Made by a program: the position numbers and the translations under genes. From positions 108,748,001-108,812,000 of the forward strand of contig NC_079164.1 in assembly GCF_947568905.1 (NCBI RefSeq): 64,000 bases of DNA, written 5' to 3'. The notes beneath the pieces were generated by a model. It saw nothing but the letters and a program-made list of their open reading frames with translations. It made no database searches and had not been told where the DNA came from. Shown piece by piece: positions 1 to 13,420 of the stretch (positions within the stretch are counted from its first letter, which is position 1; the number at the start of each line of letters is the position of its first letter). The stretch comes from Ostrea edulis (lineage: Eukaryota).

Positions 1-250
1 TTTAAACGTCGTTGTAATTCCCTGAGAGACGCCGTTGTTCTTCACTGATACCGGTATACCCACCATTAGCGTTAATGACAGCGCGGAGGCGACGTGTCAT
101 TAACAGACACTCCGAAGGATCATTTGGGGGATGTTCTGCCATTTACCTTAGAATGCCCTTTTCCCTTTCTTGTGAATTCTGACGCTGAAGCTGGTGGCTG
201 CACACACGTCTACCTAGCTCGTTATACAAATGTTCAATCGAGAATACGTC

Positions 251-379
251 CAGTGGCGTAGCTTCCATTGAGGCAACCGAGGCAGCTGCCTCGGTAAAAA
301 AAAAAACCCACCTTTTACGTTGTTAAAATGTCGATAGACCCCCTGCCTCGGTAATATTCGAACCCAAGCTACGCCTATG
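251..379. mobile_element. MITE with 5-bp TSD (hAT5-like), inserted in the Tc1 remnant
   Basis: Ends CAGTGGCGTAGCTT / AAGCTACGCCTATG; flanks ACGTC (246-250) and ATGTC (380-384); internal palindrome CCGAGGCAGCTGCCTCGG; same family as 45413-45567. Confidence 0.85.
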
Positions 380-452
380 ATGTCCGGGGACCAAACGGAC
401 CAAGCAAGAACGTTGATGCCGTTTGTTTGAAGAAAAGGACTAGATAGCACAT

Positions 453-485
<33 letters not shown>
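453..485. repeat. poly-G tract (G33)
   Basis: Direct read of the sequence. Confidence 0.95.
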
Positions 486-486
<1 letters not shown>

Positions 487-1050
487 CTGTAACGTGCCCT
501 GTCTAGTCCTTTTGATTCAAGCTGAGCGTGTGTGCGCTTGCATTGTCTGTTGAAAAAAAATATCAAATGCGTTGCCTTTGCTGCTGCATTAATGGTACGA
601 ACTTTTCAGCGTCGTGATTACGTCATCGATCCCCAGGGTACATGTTTATAATAACCAGGAATGTCAAAAGTGTCAATAATTCATATTCCAATATTCGGTA
701 GGGGTATTTGAATGTGAGATGAAAGAGAGGTCCCGATTTACTTTATACAGGTACCTGCATCACTTAATACCACGATACTCTGTATGCGTTTTGCGCAGGA
801 ATCTCGGTGTAAAATTAGGTGTATATACCCGTGTTAATGTGCAAGGCAATTTACATTAAATGTTTGTCGATATTCGATAGAAATTTATTAACTTTGTACA
901 ACCAAACCGTAGATTTAAGACATCTTTAACTGCACGTGGTGAATCGATCTCGTAAGAGAAGTCTGGACAAGAGAGATAATTCCTGTGCACTTGTATCTGT
1001 CTGATTAGACCCAGTGTTGGATGGAGAGGAAAAAAAAACATCTAATAAAA

Positions 1051-1573
1051 AGTAATTCCACCCTCCTGCGATGTCATAAGATTTTGCAAAATCAATTATT
1101 TATTTAGATTTATGCCTGATAGGAACATAAATTTTGTTGGAGTCTTTTCGTATAGTTATTGTAAAAAATCTTGTTAAAAATAAAATATTTCAAAAGTCAA
1201 AGTTATAGATGAATGAATCCAAGGGCAATAACTCTGTTTCTATTGATTTATTTATCAAGTCTATTATGCGATGATTTCCTTTATTTTTTACAGACATTTT
1301 GTATATCTTTATGAAGATACAGTTTCATGAAATTATTATGAATGCTACTATATCGTCATAAATAGTTTGTATGGAATTTTAATAACGCTGTTTGAGGAAA
1401 ATTGCAATTGTCTTATGGTGATATATGATTCTGTTTATGTACGTCTCACATCTTAAAAAGTGTGATGACCTATGTATTTTATTTGATAATTTGTTAGTTT
1501 TAACTCTAATGAATGGAAATAAATACACATTTTAAACTTGTATCAGATAAAACTGCAAGTATGGAATATTCCT
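1051..1573. mobile_element. Kolobok-like non-autonomous element, degenerate copy
   Basis: Colinear with 3187-3706 from AGTAATTCCACCCTCC to ..GCAAGTATGGA; the TTAA flanks are eroded. Confidence 0.65.
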
Positions 1574-2221
1574 ACGAATCGAGAGAATGTTCAAGTAATC
1601 AGTTCATTTATTAGGTTAAATTCACGAAGTTGAGATCCTTCCCTAAAACCGAAATAGACTTGATTACTTTCATGAATGCGTGTAGTTCAATGATCAGTTA
1701 AATTTATTTTTGTTTAGAAAGATTATATGATCAACAAGTTCACTTGACAATCAATTTCGAAGTTTTGTGATAAAAATTTCGGTCGAAGAAAAAATATCTT
1801 TTAGATAGAACGGATGTTAATTGAATTCTCGGTTCGATGATTTGGGTGTTTGTTTGTTTTAAAACAAGTTAGGCGTTGTCCTGCAATAAAGAGAACACTT
1901 CACGGAAATTCCATAATGTTCCCTTTTGAAATATTGCCAAGTGTTCCATTTCTGTGGCATGACTTCTTCTGAATCCTCCAACTCGAAATGATTTGTACTG
2001 TTCAGAACTACTGAATAATAATCGTCGGAGAAAGTGATTGCAATCATTTTTTTCTCCAGATATCTCAATGGCATAGGAATATATATTAATGACTAATAAA
2101 CCATTTATAATGTACAAAAACGAGATAAGCCTAATAAAACTACGTTAGATAACCACTTTTAGTGTAAAGAAATATATAAGGAAGAATTAATGTCTTGCAA
2201 GAGAATAATTATTTAATCCTT

Positions 2222-2934
2222 TATAAAAAGGAAATGCCGAACAGCTATGATCAATTATCTTAGGATTAAAAGTATTCGCAAATATTTGACAAAGGAAGCT
2301 ACAGAAATTTTGGTTTTATCTTTAGTAATTTCTCATTTGGACTATTGTAATGTGATTTTATACGGCATAGCACAGACTGAAATATGTAAAATGCAAAGAA
2401 TGCAAAACATGGGTGAGAAACTGGTATTAAATCGTAAGAAATTTGACAGCTCTAGGGATGCTGTCATTGACTTACATTGGTTACCTATCGATTCTAGAAT
2501 ATCATTTAAATTATTGACCTTCATGTATAAGTGTTATGTGGGCGAAGCGCCATTGTATTTAACAGAACTTTTAACGAAACAGGTACCAAATAAAAAGTTG
2601 CGCTCCGCTCAATCTTCTGAGAGTTGCTACATTGTTCCTTTTAACAAGCATAAAACTTTCAGTGATAGAAGTTTCGGAACCATTGGTCCGAGACTGTGGA
2701 ACAGTTTACCGGCTGAAATAAGACAGTCCAAATCTTTACATATTTTTAAAGCGAAATTGAAAACACATTTGTTTAGACAGTTTTAATGTACATGTTTTTA
2801 ATTTAGTATATATAGAGTGTGTTTGCATGTATAAGATGTATTGTTTATTCTTTTAAAGCTTTTTATATTATACATGTACAACGCCATTGCATACTTTGTG
2901 TAAAATTAGGCAAATAAAAACAGTTTCAGTTTCA
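2222..2934 (+). mobile_element. L2/CR1-group LINE, 5'-truncated 3' end (C-terminal ORF2 plus 3'UTR)
   Basis: ORF 2247-2786 contains SHLDYCN, HWLPIDSRISFK and FS..GPRLWNSLP..IR..KSL..FKAKLKTHLF. It ends in a short-repeat tail CAGTTTCAGTTTC. A near-identical second copy lies at 27219-28078. Confidence 0.9.
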
Positions 2935-3186
2935 ATAATTTAATCACCAAAATCACATATTCATGTGCCTGTTTTGAGGTTAAAGTGTTTGAAAGAATTA
3001 AATACAGGTGTTGTTACTGAAATATAATACAGAGGACTTGTCATTGAATTTTTTTTTATTATTATTTTTTTTTTTTGGTGACAAAATGACAGCTAATGCC
3101 CCTTTAAATAGAGAAGACTCCGGAATTATCTCTCACTATAAAAGCGAATATTCGAATAATCTCATCGAATAGATATTCATAGTTAA

Positions 3187-3706
3187 AGTAATTCCACCCT
3201 CCAGTGACGTCATAAGATCTTGCAAAATCAGTTATTCAGTTTGATTTATGCATGACATTACCATAAATTTTGGTGTCTTTTCCAACGGTTATTGTAAAAA
3301 AAATCTTGTAAAACATAAAATATTTCAAAAGTCTAAGTTATATATAAATATTCAATATGTTTCAAAATCTTGAATCCAAGGGCAATAACTCTGTTTTCAT
3401 TGAATCCTTCCATCAAGTTCATTATCTGATATATTTTCTTTATTTTGAATAGTTTAGTAAAGAAACAGTTTCATGAAATTATTATGAATACTATTATATC
3501 GTTTTAACCAGTTTTATGTAAAAATTTTGATAATGCTGTTCAAGAAAAATTGCATGTATATGATTTTGTAAATGTATGTCTCGCATCTTAAAAACTGTGA
3601 TGACCTGTATATTTTATTTGATAATTCATTAGTTTTAACTCTAATGAATTGACATAATTACACATCTTAAACTTTTATCAGATAATAATGCGAGTATGGA
3701 GTTACC
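3187..3706. mobile_element. Kolobok-like non-autonomous element
   Basis: TTAA (3183-3186) | AGTAATTCCA ... TGGAGTTACC | TTAA (3707-3710): short TIR with RR..YY termini and TTAA target duplication. Confidence 0.75.
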
Positions 3707-4165
3707 TTAAACACTTATGAAAAAGATAGATTCAAAGGTAACTCGGATGAGGTTCAATATACATGCTGGAAATACCAAAGAAAGGTAACTCTAAGTAATT
3801 TTAATGACCAGTAATTAGAGTTATTCCCCTTATGCTATATCTAAATGTCACTATCATTATTTATTTATTTATTTTACTATAGTTTATAGTTTTAACTATA
3901 TTAAATGAAAGATTTTATCATAGTATAATATATTTTTTTTGTCAGGGAAACTTTCTATTTGCAGAAGTGAAAGGTTTGTGACGTTAGTGGGTACATATTG
4001 TCCTGACTGCACTCAATGACAGATCAAGATAAAGGCTTTATTTTTTACTCTTTCCCCAACTTTTTAAACTTTTCATATTTAATCACTTGTTAAGTCAAGG
4101 TCGTGAATCAAGGTCATCTCTGCTACAATAGGAACATTGAGGAAAATCTTGTTTAATTAACAATA

Positions 4166-4570
4166 AAACTGTACGATTCGTTTAGTTTGTTTACAGTACA
4201 AAACTGTACGATTCTCATTTAGTTTGTTTACAGTACAAAACTGTACGATTCTCATTTAGTTTGTTTACTGTACAAAAGTGTACGATTCTCATTTAGTTTG
4301 TTTACAGTACAAAAGTGTACGATTCTCATTTAGTTTGTTTACTGTACAAAAGTGTACGATTCTCATTTAGTTTGTTTGCTGTACAAAAGTGTACGATTCT
4401 CATTTAGTTTGTTGCTGTACAAAAGTGTACGATTCTCATTTAGTTTGTTTGCTGTACAAAAGTGTACGATTCTCATTTAGTTTGTTTGCTGTACAAAAGT
4501 GTACGATTCTCATTTAGTTTGTTTGCTGTACAAAAGTGTACGATTCTCATTTAGTTTGTTTGCTGTACAA
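4166..4570. repeat. 37-bp minisatellite, about 11 units
   Basis: Unit GTACAAAAGTGTACGATTCTCATTTAGTTTGTTTGCT with ordered variants. Confidence 0.95.
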
Positions 4571-5462
4571 ATTCTTCAAGAGCAAGTATTCATGATTTGA
4601 AGAAGAAAAAAATAGTTTGTAGTAAATCAATACACGTAACTCAAAACTAGTAGTTTTAAAATATATACCAAATAGGTGACTTTGTCATCATCACTTTAAA
4701 AAAGAAAAAGAAATGAAAAGCCATAATATAAACAAAGACAAAAAGTCCGAGATCACAGATATCCCTAGAATCTACCTTAAAGGTACCATGTGACTAAATG
4801 TGAATCTACCTTAAAGGTGTCATGTGACTAAATGTGCCTTTGGTGATGTTTATGATATTCCTAGCCACAAAACTGCTACCAGTGGATAGAAAAAACTTTT
4901 CGTTTATACTTATTCCAATAACACAGCTTAATAAAACTGACATTTTTTGTAGCTATAGGAGGGCTTTATTTTCATTGTGTACGGCCAGATTATGTAGTTG
5001 AGATAGATAGAGCGAGGCAGGTTACTGAACATACAATTAAAATCAACACCTCGTCGTATTTTTTTAGGGATATTTACTTCAAGTGATCTCATATCTCATT
5101 TCATGGTGCTCAATTTGATAAAATCGCAAACATACAGATGTTTTAAGCATTGCATACGATTAACCTCTATAAAGTCCCGAATTTAATTATTTCGTCCAAG
5201 CAGGACTCCATTAGAACGAAATGGGTTCCAGTGGAAAGCAGATATCCCATAGTAAACAAGTCATTATAATTAGACGGGCTGTGAACTCCGCTAGGATTAA
5301 TCTACTAAAAGGTTTTCGGTGTTAACTTTTGTGTTCTTACGCCAAAAAAATGCATATGCTGAATGAATATCTGTTATAGTTTTTGTCTCCGTGTGTACAT
5401 TTGTGATACTTTTCCAACACTTTATAGGACAACAGACAATATGAAATGTGTCGATGTCTTCT

Positions 5463-5464
<2 letters not shown>

Positions 5465-5540
<76 letters not shown>
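5465..5540. repeat. (TC)n microsatellite
   Basis: Direct read; explains the RERE/SLSL ORFs. Confidence 0.98.
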
Positions 5541-5544
<4 letters not shown>

Positions 5545-8500
5545 ACGCCAATCTCACAAATCAGTTCAAGATTATTAGGAAATACATGTAAGATATACAT
5601 GTTAGGCAGGGACTAATTATATCCCAAAACCCACAACTTAACTTTTCGATGATCACCATGGCGAATATGTTTGAAATCAACGTAAAGGGATTTTCCCGAT
5701 TTCATTTTCGATGAGAATTCATGTCTATTATCATGGCGTGATTGAAATCTTCATCACAAGGGGAATTTCCCAATTTTTATTTTTGATGAGAATTCATGCC
5801 TAATAGTCCACCCTGGTGGATCTAATGACCTTTTACTACGAAATTTAGCCAGCAAATATCAAAACGAATTCGGAATATAAATGCCGTGATGACCCGAATA
5901 ATGAAGTATAATCTGTTGACGGGTCATCAAAATCAATTCAGAGAAATGTGGTTATCTGTGTATACATGATTATAGATGGAATTGACACAGGATAATGACA
6001 ATGAACACAATTTTGAATATGATTACAATTCGGTTTCGATATGTCGGTGTTCCATCAACAACAGGTGGTTTTATATTTTCTCAGACATCCTGATCAGTAA
6101 TCACTAATCTTACGTAACTTGTTAGACGACTTTAAAAGATTTCGCAATACACCCATTTTGTTTTCAATTTTCATCAGCTGTTTGCCGGTCTTTAATCCTT
6201 TGTAGCTCCATATAACCTATTCTATCCACGAGGGAGGTCTCCTTATTGAAAAGGCAGTTGGTCACTATCTGTTAATCTCCTCCAGGACAGGTTGAGTGGA
6301 CAGCGTGTTTATGACTGTTACGTTTCCTTAGTCAGAATGTCTTGGCTTTAATCTCTAGCGTTGATTGTGTATGTCGCCACAACTGTCTAGGTGGAATAGA
6401 ACACACACACACACATCCCCCCCCACCCACCCCCCACCCCCACACACACACAACCCCAAAACAAAAAACACAAACTTTTACTAAACCTAAACAAATATTC
6501 TAAAAATGTTTCTTGAAGATGAATTTATGAACGTATCAAAATAGTTCCTGGACGAAGTGCGGTTTTGTGGTATACGGAGATTACATTTCTTTGCCAAACT
6601 ATATTAATGGAAACATTTGACCTTATTTGAACAAAAATGGTCTGTCGATGCATATACTTTTACCCTCATCCTAAATGCCATTTAAGAAGCATGTTGACAA
6701 TAAGTATTGTGTACAAGTTCCGATAAAACTCTCCTAAAATTCCTTGTCTCAGACAAATAGACATGCTTGCACCCGCAAAATTTATCAAATGTCTACTCCA
6801 CCGATGACGTACCTATTTATTTACCCCGCGAGTTCTCTTTCCTCCTATCGTGAGAAGAGCGCCTGAAGTTCATTGCAGCGCTTCAGCAATTCATATACAT
6901 ATGGACATATACATATTTCACTGCTCAGTCTTCTTCTGTACGTTGCACTGTTAATAACTTATAAGCATGGGGAAACTTAAAATGATTGCCGACCCAAAAC
7001 TTTATTTGATTGAGACTGGTGTGTTAAGGTAAGTTACATAATACTTCACTGCCTAATCAGAATTTTTTTTTAAATCTCTGTTAAAGTAGGTAGTTGTGTT
7101 TTGGTAGAACTTATATACTGAATGCATATCACATTTCATTGAGCTCATCGGGTGAAATAAACGCAGAACTGTTCAACATTTCTTTGAATGCCTTCTCTAT
7201 TTTTCTTTTTTAGCATATACAACTTTGATATTTTATTTTATTCCCTTATTTAAAGTCATTTTCAGCAAGCAAGCATAAAATGAATTATCAGTAAGCAAGT
7301 GAAGTGTGTCATGGTCGGTAAAAATTGGACTCCAACGTCCTCGGGATTATACCTGAATTTTCTGTCGTTCTGTGATTTAAAAAAAAATGCAGATGGCAGT
7401 AAATACAGAATTACAGCACGACTGTAATTTTTGCATCAATTTTATTTTGTTGTCAAGCAATTAAAGAATATTATAGTCGTTGAAGAAACAGTATCCAATT
7501 TTATGCAGTGTTCCAAAATGTCAATATATACCTCCATCAAATTAAAAAAGAAACGTAATTTATACTATAGCAACTGTTATTTACAAATACAAGATGTACT
7601 GTAGAATCAAAGAAATTGAAGAAAGTACCGAAAATATATACATGCATGTTAAAGCTTCTTTAAAGATGTACTCTCATGTATACAAAAAGCTACATATAGA
7701 TTTCAATGATATGTTTGAAAAAATTAATAATATATTGTGATGTGATTATATATATATCAATGTTTTCTTGTTATCAAGACATGCGCCCGAATGTCTTGAA
7801 CATTGTAAGGGCACTTTGAAGTATGAATAAACTATTTAAAAAAAAAAATTAAAAAAGATTTCGAAGTTGTAAAATTCCGATGTACATATGATTGTAAAAA
7901 AAAAAAAAAAAACTAAAATAAGAAAATCAAAACCATTATGTCATTGACATGATCCAAATGCAGATGATAATGAAAAACAATGTTTGATTTTTTTTTCCCG
8001 CAACCATAATCGTAATTTTCAAATATCTTGTATCTACTCTTAATCAAAAAAGAAATAAAGCCCCCTACCCACCCACCCACCCACCCACCCACACACATAA
8101 GTACGAAAGTAGACATGGAATTGGTTTCATTTACTTGGCAGTTGTAAATTTTACAAAAGATTTTCATTATCTTTTTTTGACATGGTAATGGGAGAGTGTC
8201 ATGACATTTGCTATTTGTCTTTTTACTCGTCCAACGTGTCAAAAAAGTTCCGCACGGGTTCCTAAAAACTCTCTTTTATCACACGTGAACCTGTTACTTG
8301 GGGAAGATCTGGAGAATTTTTAAAACATAAGGCTTTTGGAGTTAGATCAAGTGACAACCTTATGTAGCAGGAATACGGTGTCCCATTATTTCCTTGCGTT
8401 AATTACTGGATTTCAAATTGCAAAATTAATTAGCGTGAATTGCACCAAGGTCTTTTAGTATTTGAATAGACAAAAACAGAAACCTAAATTCTCGATACAG

Positions 8501-9148
8501 ACATTGGTCATTCACCATCTGTTTGTTTTGTATCCTCTGAGACTGACCTTTCCTCTGTCAATTAGATTTCGGAAGTACATGTACATCCATGAAATTAAAG
8601 TTTGAGTAACCCGGTCATGTTTCAGCCTTTTCAATTTGAAGAGGGGTAAAGGCCTGGACGTAATCTGGTGTTTATTCCGAACATTGGTCTGTCTTGATCA
8701 ACATGTTACATGCCCAGATATAATACTGTGAAGATAAAACAAGTTGTCAACACTTCATTTTCAGAGGAGCTCTCGTTTATAAACAGTTCGACTTTGGTGA
8801 TAATCAATTGACGATCTAAATAGAGTCCGGTTTAGAGATCAGTCAAACGCACGTTTTTGTAGATTCGTATATTAATTTTGTATCGTGTGACCGATTATCC
8901 TAGTATTGTTTCTATTATTAATATTTTGATAATTATCACAGCCATATAAATCACTATCCTGTTTGATTAACGTCATATCGTATTTTAGTCAATATTGCAT
9001 GTATCTCGTGATGGAATGGATTTATTTGGACACGTGTAAAGTAGCAATTTGTTCAAACGATTGTTGAAAATTGCAAGGAATGGATGTACCTTTTATTTCA
9101 AGTGAGATTGTTATACAGTGGGAAAGGTAACATTAGGCCAAGATTGGG

Positions 9149-9247
9149 CAGCTGTAGAACTGTAGCTCTCTGAAAAAATATCAGGACAGATTAGGTATCT
9201 CTGATCTGTCCTAATATTTTTTTCAGAGAACTAAAGTTCTGCAGCTG
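9149..9247. mobile_element. 99-bp palindromic mini-element (collapsed MITE-like)
   Basis: About 46-bp imperfect arms CAGCTGTAGAACTGTAGCTCTCTGAAAAAATATCAGGACAGATTAG / CTGATCTGTCCTAATATTTTTTTCAGAGAACTAAAGTTCTGCAGCTG around a 6-nt loop. Confidence 0.65.
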
Positions 9248-11005
9248 GGTAGCTAGAGTCCTCATAGCAAAATTCAATAGGTAATTAATTCTCATAAGAT
9301 ATTTTCACAGGGTACAATATTTAGATTAGTTTATCGAACAGTTAAAACTACGAATACGAAAGCAAAGAAAAAATGTCTTCCTTCTCATGGCGATTAGAAG
9401 CGCCGGATCCAACTTTTTCTCTCGTGGAAGAGTAAGCAACCCTTGTGATGCTGACAGGTTCTGTCAAATAGATGTTTGATTATATAAATAAACAGTAGAC
9501 ATATGTACATACTGTCGTGAAAAATTCAAATCGCCAGACATTTAAACCCTCACTGTGTTCCGTATTTCCGATTTCACAATCATGTACTTCCGCGATCACC
9601 GAGCCCGTACAATAACTTGGTGTTGACTACATGTTTTTGATCGAAGAAAATGTGATACAGATGGCGTGAGAACCGATACGTATGTGTCTATGTTGAGCTG
9701 ATCAGTTTAAGATTCTCCTTGGTTTGTCACTAGATACGTCAATATCAAATTCAGCTCTCTAGACTTCTAAGGAGGCGGGTTCTGGTTGAATGAGTAAGTA
9801 TTGTAGCATCAATGCTTGGAAGATTTTCATGTAGAGGGGGTAAATACGGGATGGTGGTCTATTTTTAGCTCTGCTTGACTTAGTTCAGGCTGTAACACAC
9901 TGAAGATAATACGTTAATGATGGTATGGTAAATACGTGTGAATGTAGATTAGGATTCAGGCTAGGACTTAGAGCAGAGGACCCCCTTCAACCCATTTCTA
10001 TGGCTAAAAAATTGTTAGATTAAGATTTGACATTAAGTATATAAAAATCAATTATTTTTTGGCTATTTAATGATTTTATTACGTATAAAGTATAGCTAGA
10101 ATAACCCATAAAAATAACCTTTAAGGCGTTAAAACCCTGGAGCCTCCAGACCCCCAGTCTTTTGCGCCCCCTTCCCTTCAAAACAAAACAAATCCTGGAC
10201 CCGCCATTGATATTACGTATAGTTATTCAATTTAATATCTCTGACTTAATGCCAGATGTTGCACACTACCGTCTCCATGTCGATAATCGTGTGTAACATG
10301 TGAACTGTACGTATATTATCAAGTTCAGATTTCAAATTCTCTGATCAATAAAACTGTACATAAATTCTCCATTGTTTTGCACTTGTGCATAGGCGGGGAA
10401 GCCCCACCCCCACCCTTTGACCTCAATTTTACTATATCAAATAGTCTGCTGCTCCCCCCCCCCCCTAACATGTATATTTATTGAATGTCCGAATCTCTTT
10501 GTATGCATTATGCCCCCACCTCTGTTTTTGTGCTAATGAACATATCTAAATGTATTATTTATACCCTTGGAAATATTGTTTATATAATTACAAAATCAGT
10601 TATGTACCTCATGTACCATTGTGAATGGTTTGAGCGAATAAATGAAATGAAAATGAATCTCGCGAAATCTTTTGAATCCTTTACCCACGGACCCCAGTTT
10701 GATAAATCCAGAGTGCATTTCATAAATTTTTAATTTCTGTCTGTTTTCTTTTTTGAAGACACCTTTCCGCCGCCTCCTTCTTTCGTAAGATCTTGGATCC
10801 GCCATTGTTGTGAAGTGTGTACATTTCATACGACCCACTTCGTTTCCTGATCTATGAATATTCATTATCGTATTAATGTAATCAAACGATTTGAGAATTC
10901 TGTTGTATTGCATGGAAATATCTAAGCGAGAAATTAAAAAAACAAAAAACTTAAAAAGAAAAATACTAAAAATATATATTTTTTTAAATGCCATAAAGGA
11001 ACCCA

Positions 11006-11091
11006 GGCACTTGAATCGCTTGGAGGCCTAATTACTGTAAATAACAGTACTCTTCTATCTAGTAATTAGGCCTCCAAGCAATATAAGTGCC
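11006..11091. repeat. inverted repeat (31-bp arms, 24-bp spacer), MITE-like
   Basis: GGCACTTGAATCGCTTGGAGGCCTAATTACT ... AGTAATTAGGCCTCCAAGCAATATAAGTGCC, 3 mismatches. Confidence 0.65.
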
Positions 11092-13354
11092 CGTGCAGTA
11101 GAACCATGGGGACAACGATAGATCTATACACTGATGCAAGAAAAGAAGACATTTTTTTTCCATATCGGATTAAGCGTTATGTATGAATATATACTTATCT
11201 TGTAACTACACTCTTGAAAAAGAATATTTCTTACCATAAACATCAGCAAAACAAGATATCAGAAATATGGACAGTTTACATACATGCGTGCGTGCACTTC
11301 TTCAATGTGCAGTGTCTCCAGTTGTTGCAACGAACTGATCTTTATATACTGAAGTTGACCCTGAATTTGCTTTATGCCAGCATGTCAAGGTCACAATCCC
11401 AGCATCTCTCTGATAAGTCTTCTCAAACACACAGGCTTTGACTTGTTGGCGGGGGTAATTGCCATGTCAAATGGGCTTGTTTTTGCCAACTTTGATCGAG
11501 CATCACAAGAAAAGAATGTTTTCCTCATTTTCCGGAAGTTTTTACCATGTAATTTATTTTGTCTATCAAATATGCATTGTAAGGGAATTTGTAAAGACTG
11601 GTTAAAGGTTTGTTAATAAGTCCGACCTTGGTGCACTGATGTTAATGTCCTTTTTGGCCTATCACAGCCACAAAAAACCTTCGTGTGGTCACATGCTAAG
11701 CATAGATCCATTGTGTACTATAGTTAGATTCAAAACATAGACCCCCAAAAATGTCATCCACGCCGAGACCGAGATAAAGACGGAAATTACAAAATTCTTT
11801 ATAAATTCCAAAATTCGTAAGTACATTAAGAGTATTCACGGTAATTTTGTTGTGAAGCAATTTGTAGTAAGTCTAATTGTGTTGTCATTGACGAGTAGAA
11901 GGTTATCCGCGGAACGTATATTGATGTTAACATGCAAACCAACACGATGTTTGACGTACAAAACCATCATTCTTCGCTCCGAACCAAAATGAGAGAAGAT
12001 TCTTAAGACCTTCCAACAGTACCGCGTATCAATCAGTCAAATGTTTCTTTTTGACGAGCTTTTTTGAAAATAAGAGTTATACACGGATAAATTCTAAGTA
12101 AACGTATGTATTTTGCTTCAGGGGTCAGAATATTTTAAAGACGTTTTAAAATCTACCAACGTGTTTAATTGTGATTACTCAAAAGTGTATTATCTCTGAA
12201 AAGTGCAGACAGCAGAATGGCTGCACCATTAACAGAGTTGATTGCGGAGTCTCGGTGGTTTTTGTCTTTCTGAAAAGACCTTAACCTTCCCATGCTGCCC
12301 GTCAGCACATATTTGTCAATGGTCTTTTATGCGCATCTTGGTGACATAAATCAACATCGGCCGCGGGATCTGTTCGAGGCTTCGGCCACGACAGGACGGG
12401 AGTCCATGAGTCTGTGAACTCCAATTAAATCTGACAAATTTGAGAATATATATAAAAGGAATAGACTAGTACAACTTCATTATCCTTTCCTTAATATTTC
12501 CAGTTCTTACATGTGTGGGCCAGGAAAGTTTAGGCAGTTCACACAAGTATTAGTAAGATATGTAGGTAATACATGTGTAAGCGGATTGTCACGGCTGGTC
12601 GAGAACTTATAAAACTGTAGAAAAGCTGTCAAAACACACCTAGAAAATCTATTTCATTTCTCATATTTTTGTTTATATGATAAGTATATTTTTATTACAA
12701 TAAAAACACCAATTTGGCAGATTTTCTCATCCTTGAAGTGGCCACTCACGTGTATGTACTACGCCAGACCAATGTGATAAATAGGTGAAAAATCTGACAC
12801 CACATCCATTACACAAAGGCTCTGGTTACTTTTTTATACTACATACTAGGTACATGTTATGACCTTCACCATGAATTAATTTGATCTGACTTTTTGGCAG
12901 CAAGAAGATGATATTAATCACCCAATTAACGCCCCGAAAACAGTAGCTTGATGTACACGTGACAGGGGTGAAGCCTTTGAGGAACACTGATCGCTGAACC
13001 TTTATCATACAGAATATTAATATATATTATGTGCTCGTGCAATCCTCTTTGTGTTAAAATATCAGTTTCCGCACTAGCACAAACGTAAACAGGAATGCTG
13101 AAACTAAAATAATAAGTAGATGTAACTAAATTATAGCATGGTTCCTGTCGGTACGATAAAGCATATCTTTCTGAACCAAAAAAAGCAATTATACAATACA
13201 GGAGTATTTGATCCTGAAAATAATTATAACATACTCATGTACTTTGTATACCTTTATATGAAATACAGACAAAGACCCAAGACCCCCCCCCCCCCCCCGT
13301 AACATTTTCTTATAACAGAGATGTGTAACATGTATACATCTAGTATACTGAATC

Positions 13355-13415
13355 GCCCCATTTAGTCACCTCTTACAACAAGCAAGGGGTACTGAGGACC
13401 TATTCTAACCCGGAT
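13355..13415 (-). mobile_element. inverted SINE central-domain fragment
   Basis: Reverse complement of 13430-13490 (55/61 matches). Confidence 0.85.
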
Positions 13416-13420
13416 ACTTT

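Larger units (their letters stand above)
45..640 (-). mobile_element. Tc1/mariner (DD34E) transposase C-terminal remnant, frameshifted and interrupted
   Basis: After removing the 251-379 insertion the minus strand reads F-Q-Q-(D)-N-A-S-A-H-T (about 520-560, one base missing), FLQTNGINVLAWSVWSPD-x-FSIEHLYNELGRRV, then WQNIPQMILR and MTRRLRAVINANGGYT. These match the Tc1 QDNA..H, W(P)xxSPDxNPIExxW and RxxAVIxxxGxxTxY motifs. The upstream boundary is approximate. Confidence 0.75.

Noticed and set aside
5297-5600. ORFs rich in RE/SL (also 15097-15643)
   Set aside because: They are translations of (TC)n microsatellites.
9950-10470. Additional GGCGG-TIR MITEs (right end near 10209, left end near 10388, lone end near 14975)
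   Set aside because: Only single or eroded termini with no TSD, so boundaries cannot be supported.
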